A DNA stretch of 64,000 nt from a bacterium (GTDB taxonomy: Bacteria; UBA8248): NCBI GenBank assembly GCA_965261085.1, contig OZ253442.1:3296001-3360000 (forward strand), written 5' to 3'. Below the pieces are notes generated by a model. The model was not told the origin of the DNA. It ran no database searches and was given only the letters and a program-made list of their open reading frames with translations. This document shows, piece by piece, positions 59,030 to 64,000 of this stretch. Position numbers and translations under genes: made by a program. The number at the start of each line of letters is the position of its first letter. Position 1 is the stretch's first letter.

Positions 59030-59285
59030 TTCCTCCCGAAAAAATCAAGTCTCTATCGGCTGGGTTCGATGTGTGGACAAACTATAATTCAATATGTTCG
59101 GAGTGTCATTGAAGCCTGATCCCCGACGAGGAAAAGATGCGACATTCACAATGACGCAGCGGCGATGGAAATTTCACCCCTCCTTCTCTATCCCATCAAA
59201 TGGCAATCCGCCCTGGAATTCGGTTATGGTGGACTCCGGAAGGGTCGGACCTGCGCCGAATTGTTGACGATCAAGGAGAGAAGAC

Positions 59286-60620
59286 ATGGTAGATAGCTAT
59301 TGGCGGAGATGCGCCCAATCGAGCCGGCAATTTGAAAGAGCACAGAAGTTTCTGGCCGGCGGCGTCTCCCACGAAAGCCGATATGTTTCGCCGTTTCCCA
59401 TCTATGCAAATTGGGCGAATGGTTCTCGCAAACGAGATATCGACGGAAACGAATACATCGACTATTCGATGGGGAGCGCCTCCTTACTCCTGGGTCACAG
59501 TCACCCCAGTGTGGTGGAGGCGCTCAAGGAGCAGGTGACGAAAGGGACCTTTTACGCAAACTGTCACCCTCTGGAGATCGAATGGGCGGCGCGGGTGCAA
59601 GACCTCGTTCCGTCGGCCGAGCGCGTTCGATTCGTCGCCTCCGGGACCGAGGCCACAATGCTCGCGATTCGTCTCGCACGGGCTTATACGGGAAAATCAA
59701 AAATTATCCGCTTCGAGGGTCACTATCATGGTTGGCACGATTACGCGGCTCTCGGCGTCAAGCCGCCATTTCATGAACTTCAATCGGCGGGAGTACTCAA
59801 AACAAGTGCGGAAGAAACTCTTGTCTGCCCAGCGGACATCGCACAAGTCGAGGAGACATTCCACAAAGAAGAGGACATAGCCGCTATCATCTGTGAGGTC
59901 TCCGGCGCCTCCTGGGGCACGGTTCCACTGCCCGAAGGCTTTCTCCCGGGCATTCGGGCGCTGGCCAAAAAGCACAAAGTGGTACTCATCTTCGATGAGA
60001 TCATTACCGGCTTCCGCTGGAACCCCGGAGGGGTGCAGGCCATGACGGGCGTGATTCCGGATCTCACCACCTTGGCCAAAATTCTCACGGGCGGGCTTCC
60101 CGGCGGCGCCGTTGCGGGATGTGAAAGAGTCATGCGCCTTCTCGATCCCCAAGAGCAAGTCGGCGGCTTCTCTCCAGCGGTTTTTCATCGAGGCACCTTC
60201 AACGGCAATCCACTCGCCGCCGCTGCCGGAGTGGCCGCCCTGGACGAAGTTCGCACCGGAAAACCCCAACGCGCCGCCGATTCCATCGCTGCAAAACTAC
60301 GGGACGGATTTCAGAAAATTCTCAAAAAACACGAAGTGGCGGGGGCCGTTTATGGAGAATCGTCCACCTTCCACATATTCTTCGGAAAGGGCGTGCGCGG
60401 CTCCGTCGAAGGCCTGACGCCTGCCGACTTGAAGGGAATGTCCAAGGAAAAAGTGGGAGCCCTACAAAGCGGCCTCCGCACTCGTGGAGTTGACCTCATG
60501 TCCTATACGGGGGGCGTCACCTCCTGCGCGCACACGGATGAAGACGTGGCCCTCACCCTGGTTGCCTTTGAGGACACCATTCGGGATTTGGCGGAAGATG
60601 GAATTTTAGACCTTCTGTGA
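59286..60620 (+). CDS. Class III aminotransferase, glutamate-1-semialdehyde aminomutase-like
   Basis: DIDGNEYIDY, LLGH, SGTEA, FEGHYHGWHD, LIFDEIITGFR, LAK (PLP Lys), GTFNGNP. Confidence 0.9.
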   Translation: MVDSYWRRCAQSSRQFERAQKFLAGGVSHESRYVSPFPIYANWANGSRKRDIDGNEYIDYSMGSASLLLGHSHPSVVEALKEQVTKGTFYANCHPLEIEWAARVQDLVPSAERVRFVASGTEATMLAIRLARAYTGKSKIIRFEGHYHGWHDYAALGVKPPFHELQSAGVLKTSAEETLVCPADIAQVEETFHKEEDIAAIICEVSGASWGTVPLPEGFLPGIRALAKKHKVVLIFDEIITGFRWNPGGVQAMTGVIPDLTTLAKILTGGLPGGAVAGCERVMRLLDPQEQVGGFSPAVFHRGTFNGNPLAAAAGVAALDEVRTGKPQRAADSIAAKLRDGFQKILKKHEVAGAVYGESSTFHIFFGKGVRGSVEGLTPADLKGMSKEKVGALQSGLRTRGVDLMSYTGGVTSCAHTDEDVALTLVAFEDTIRDLAEDGILDLL

Positions 60621-60699
60621 GCAGGCGCATCGCTATGCGCCGAAAGGGGTGCTTCCCGTTTGGGGAAATCGCGATGATGAGATATTTGGATCTCCCCGC

Positions 60700-62760
60700 T
60701 CACGAGGCCAATGGGGGATGCGAATAGAGCGTTACAATCGGCCGGACCCATATTTGCTCTCTGTCCTGCAGTTTCAGAATGCTCGCCGCGATGGGCCCGA
60801 TGGAAGTTTCACCCATGGCCAACCCTGGCGTGATCTTCACCCAAGCTCGCAACGGCGCTCCCCGCACCGGAACATACTCTATGAGCATCCCCTCTGAAAA
60901 TCCCTGTTCGCTCGCCGTCTCGGAAGACATCGGGCAAAGTCGTCGACTGCCGCTGTAGGCGTCCTCCTCGTCAACGCGGACGGTGAGATAAACCCTTCTC
61001 CTTCTGAGCCGCTCCCGCGCAGAGGAGGTCGCAGCCACGTCGAGCGCTCCGTCCTTTAAGACCACACCATAGACTTCCCGCGCATCCTCCATTCTGATGT
61101 ATCCCTGCCGGACATCAGCCAGCACCGCCTCGGGAGCGCGGAGCAGAGGATCTCCCCAACCGCCTCCACCCGCAGAGCGGAGGATGACGGCATCACCTTC
61201 TCTGAGCGGAAAGGCCGTGGCCTTTCCAGGCACGCCGGAAGGCTCCACCTCCGAATCTTCCCGGAACACCGTGAACCTGTTTCCTCCGCCCGAGGTCCCG
61301 CCGTCCACCCCGTATGGAGGAATGATCACGCGGTCCGTCAAAACGGTGAGGCCTGCGCCGCCGGCCTCCAGGCGGACCTTCCGCTCCATTCCCAAACCGC
61401 CGCGCCACTCCCCGTGACCGCAGGAGCCAATCCGAAGGCCGCTCTCCTCCACGAGGATCGGAAGCGTGGCTTCCAGGCTCTCTACCGGCTGGACGGCGTT
61501 GAAGTCCCCTTCGGTGTAGGTTCGAATGGCGTGGTCTCCGTCGCTTCCCGCGAGAGCGCCCGTGCCCCCCGCCGGATATTCATAGTAGAGGAAGGCCTCG
61601 CCCGAGTCCGGTTGACTGCCGGCGATGTAGCAATGGTTGGCCGCCCCCTTGGTGTCACCCACCGAAAGGTCGGGCATCGCCTGGACCGCCGCACCTAGAA
61701 CGCACGATTCAATCGTGCGCCGCACGTCGGAAGCGCCGCCGAAAGGAGCGGGAAATTCCGCATTGAGTAGAGACCCCTTCGGGGCTTCCATCGTAAGGGG
61801 GCGGAAACAACCCGCATTCACGCTTAACGCGGAATCCAGGAGCGATTTGAGCACCATGAAGCATGATGTGGCCACCGTGGCCGGTCCCGCATTCGTAGGT
61901 CCTTTCACCTGCCTGGAAGTCCCGCTGAAATCACAGTGGATTTGATCTTCCTTAATCTGGAGGCGAAGCGAAATTCGCAGCGGCTCGGTTCCCGTTCCGC
62001 TGTTGTCGATGTAGTTCTCGTAGTGAAATATCCCGTCGGGAAGCGCGCTTATAGCCACCCGCATCCGTTTCTCCGCCCTGTCGAGGAGATTATCGTTCAC
62101 CGCCTGGAGTGTTTCCCGACCGTATCGATCCTCGATTTCGTCCAGGCGCCGCTGAGCCAGTTGGCAGGTGCCGAGCATGGCCATCAGGTCGCCATGCCTA
62201 TCCTCCCGGCCTCGCATGTTCCGGAGAACGATGTCCAGGCATTCCTGGTTCAACTCACCCCGGGAGAAGAGTCGAATGGGCGGGACGATAATTCCCTCCA
62301 TGAAAATGTGGGAGGCATCACCGGAGAGACTGCCGGCCACGGAGCCGCCGACATCCCCCCAATGAGCGCGGAGCGCCGGGAACACGAGCGCGCGCCCGTC
62401 GTAAAACCGGGGGCAGAACATAGCCATGTCGTTCATGTGGGTTCCGCAAATATAAGGGTCGTTCAGGAGAAAAACGTCGCCCGGATGAATATCGCCGGCG
62501 TAGCGCGTGAAAACCGCTCTGGCGGCGTAGGAGATCGGAAAGATGTGCCCGGGATGATCTTCCGACTGGGCGACCAAACCTCCGTCCGGCGAAAGAAGAG
62601 CACAGGAAAAATCGTGTCCTTCGTTGATGATCGATGAGAATGCGCTTCGCGAAAAAGTAACCCGCATCTCGCGGACCACGGAGATGAGGAGTTCTTGAAT
62701 GACCGAGATCGTGACGGCGTCGGCCGAACCGCTCTCTTGAATCGCCCGGTTATCGTCCAT
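60700..62760 (-). CDS. Hydantoinase B/oxoprolinase family protein with ~90-aa C-terminal extension
   Basis: S.II.E.HDFS, NDPY..GTHMND, HWGDVGG, EG, G.GEWRGG.G, GGGGWGDP..R. Confidence 0.92.
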   Translation of the reverse strand: MDDNRAIQESGSADAVTISVIQELLISVVREMRVTFSRSAFSSIINEGHDFSCALLSPDGGLVAQSEDHPGHIFPISYAARAVFTRYAGDIHPGDVFLLNDPYICGTHMNDMAMFCPRFYDGRALVFPALRAHWGDVGGSVAGSLSGDASHIFMEGIIVPPIRLFSRGELNQECLDIVLRNMRGREDRHGDLMAMLGTCQLAQRRLDEIEDRYGRETLQAVNDNLLDRAEKRMRVAISALPDGIFHYENYIDNSGTGTEPLRISLRLQIKEDQIHCDFSGTSRQVKGPTNAGPATVATSCFMVLKSLLDSALSVNAGCFRPLTMEAPKGSLLNAEFPAPFGGASDVRRTIESCVLGAAVQAMPDLSVGDTKGAANHCYIAGSQPDSGEAFLYYEYPAGGTGALAGSDGDHAIRTYTEGDFNAVQPVESLEATLPILVEESGLRIGSCGHGEWRGGLGMERKVRLEAGGAGLTVLTDRVIIPPYGVDGGTSGGGNRFTVFREDSEVEPSGVPGKATAFPLREGDAVILRSAGGGGWGDPLLRAPEAVLADVRQGYIRMEDAREVYGVVLKDGALDVAATSSARERLRRRRVYLTVRVDEEDAYSGSRRLCPMSSETASEQGFSEGMLIEYVPVRGAPLRAWVKITPGLAMGETSIGPIAASILKLQDREQIWVRPIVTLYSHPPLAS

Positions 62761-62762
62761 GG

Positions 62763-64000
62763 TCAGTCGAGGCCTCCGGCGCATACGGTTCTCGCCGCTT
62801 CCAGGAACTCTTCCAGGTCTGATTCGCTGTGGGCCGTGGAAAGATAGTTCTTGGCCCTGCGGCTCATGAAAACGCCTTGCGCGAACATTTTTCGGACGAA
62901 TGATTCGAACCGCTTCCGGTCGGCTTGCGTCTGACCCCGATAGTCCGTGACCTGATACGGCGTGAAGAATACCTGGAATAAGGGGCCGACCCCTTGCACC
63001 TGGGCCGGAATCGCGTGTTCGTCAAATAACGCCGCCAGCTCCCTGCGGTATCTCTCCCCCATCTCGTGGAGGCCGTCGTAGACGCCGGGTCGGGACAATT
63101 CCTGCAAGGTGGCGAGCGCCGCGGCGGCGCACACCGGATTACCCGAGAGCGTTCCGCTGATGTAGACGTACTCCGGCTCCCCCTTGCGGACGGGGTCCGC
63201 CAGCTCCATCACTTCCGCCCTTCCCGCGACCGCCGACAAGGGAAATCCGCACGAGATCGCTTTGCCGTAAGCCGCCAAATCGGGAACGACGCCAAAATAC
63301 TCCTGCGCCCCTCCGTAGGCCAGCCGGAATCCGGTCACCACCTCGTCGAAAACGAGCAGCACCCCGCGCTCCTTCGTCACCTGGCGGAGCTGCTCGAGAA
63401 ATCCCGGGGCCGGGGGAATGGACCGCTGAACAGGCTCGACGATTACGGCGGCAAGCTCCGCGGCGTACTCTTCCACCAACCCGCAAGCGATATCGGTATT
63501 ATTGAAGGGAGCCGTCATTACCAGTTCCTGAACCGCAGAGGGAATTCCGGCCGAATCCGGGTGGGGAGATGGATACAGGTTCGAGCGCGGAGGGGAAACA
63601 CTCATCATTCCGTAATCGCTGTGGCCTATGTAGCTCCCTTCGAATTTCAGAATTTTCTCCTTACCGGTGAAGGCGCGCGCCAGTCGCAACGCGAAGAACG
63701 TGGCCTCCCCGCCCGTTGAAGCAAAACGGACCAGTTCCGCGCAAGGAATCGCCTTCACCAGTTCCTCGGCCAACTCGATGGAGCGATCGCTCAGCGTATA
63801 GAAGGTTGAACCGAGTTCTATTTGCCTTCGAACCGACTCAAGGATAGACGAATGGGCGTGGCCCAAAATCAGCGATCCTCCGCCCATCGTGAAATCGAGG
63901 AAACCACGTCCATCCACATCGTAAAGGCGGCTTCCCTCTCCGCGAGAAGCGACCAGCATCATGTCGTCGGGAAGCGTCAAGTCCCCGAGCCAACCGCCCG
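62763..64000 (-). CDS. Class III aminotransferase, GSA aminomutase-like (5' end beyond window)
   Basis: DVDGR.FLDF, ILGH, TGGEA, FEGSY.G, VFDEVVTGFR, YGK, GTLSGNP. Confidence 0.9.
   Translation of the reverse strand, partial: GGWLGDLTLPDDMMLVASRGEGSRLYDVDGRGFLDFTMGGGSLILGHAHSSILESVRRQIELGSTFYTLSDRSIELAEELVKAIPCAELVRFASTGGEATFFALRLARAFTGKEKILKFEGSYIGHSDYGMMSVSPPRSNLYPSPHPDSAGIPSAVQELVMTAPFNNTDIACGLVEEYAAELAAVIVEPVQRSIPPAPGFLEQLRQVTKERGVLLVFDEVVTGFRLAYGGAQEYFGVVPDLAAYGKAISCGFPLSAVAGRAEVMELADPVRKGEPEYVYISGTLSGNPVCAAAALATLQELSRPGVYDGLHEMGERYRRELAALFDEHAIPAQVQGVGPLFQVFFTPYQVTDYRGQTQADRKRFESFVRKMFAQGVFMSRRAKNYLSTAHSESDLEEFLEAARTVCAGGLD

Noticed and set aside
59286-64000. Naming the two class III aminotransferases hemL
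   Set aside because: Two divergent copies in a catabolic context without hem genes; the 59286 copy lacks the typical PGGVNSPVR N-terminal motif, so only a family-level call is made
1-64000. rRNA, tRNA, integrase or known anti-phage defence genes
   Set aside because: None recognised by eye; tRNAscan-SE and DefenseFinder would be needed to exclude them formally

Overview
GC-rich bacterial window with two parts. The first half (1-30 kb) is a decayed, partly duplicated accessory region. It holds three paralogous, very acidic, signal-peptide-less surface proteins built from ~120-aa PPC-like beta-sandwich repeats and ~100-aa cadherin-like repeats (229-4218 with one in-frame TAG; 4669-10020 intact; 26855-29037 with a 2-bp frameshift), a complete type I secretion operon (PrtD/PrtE/TolC-like, 21577-26600), and repeated relics of an OmpR-type regulator and a TrwC/TraI relaxase plus IHF-like sites. 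Metabolic genes are interleaved (kbl, SDR, MFS, hydantoinase A/B). At 32074-35142 is a complete IS1595-family transporter IS (terminal inverted repeats, 8-bp target duplication GAATTATC). It carries a TbpB-like surface lipoprotein, a membrane protein, a small ORF sharing its start with the transposase, and a candidate promoter-driven multi-stem RNA. The second half is a transport and catabolism region: Rid proteins including a triple-domain one, NitT/TauT ABC, TctABC, TRAP-TAXI, two HEPN-like paralogues, an amidohydrolase-fold putative dimetal oxygenase with a Rieske ferredoxin, Fe3+-type ABC, LVIVD, MBL, DUF296, a deaminase, two class-III aminotransferases and a second hydantoinase B. The gene content is reminiscent of marine or sponge-associated bacteria (inference only). 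All calls come from motif reading by eye; no database searches were run.
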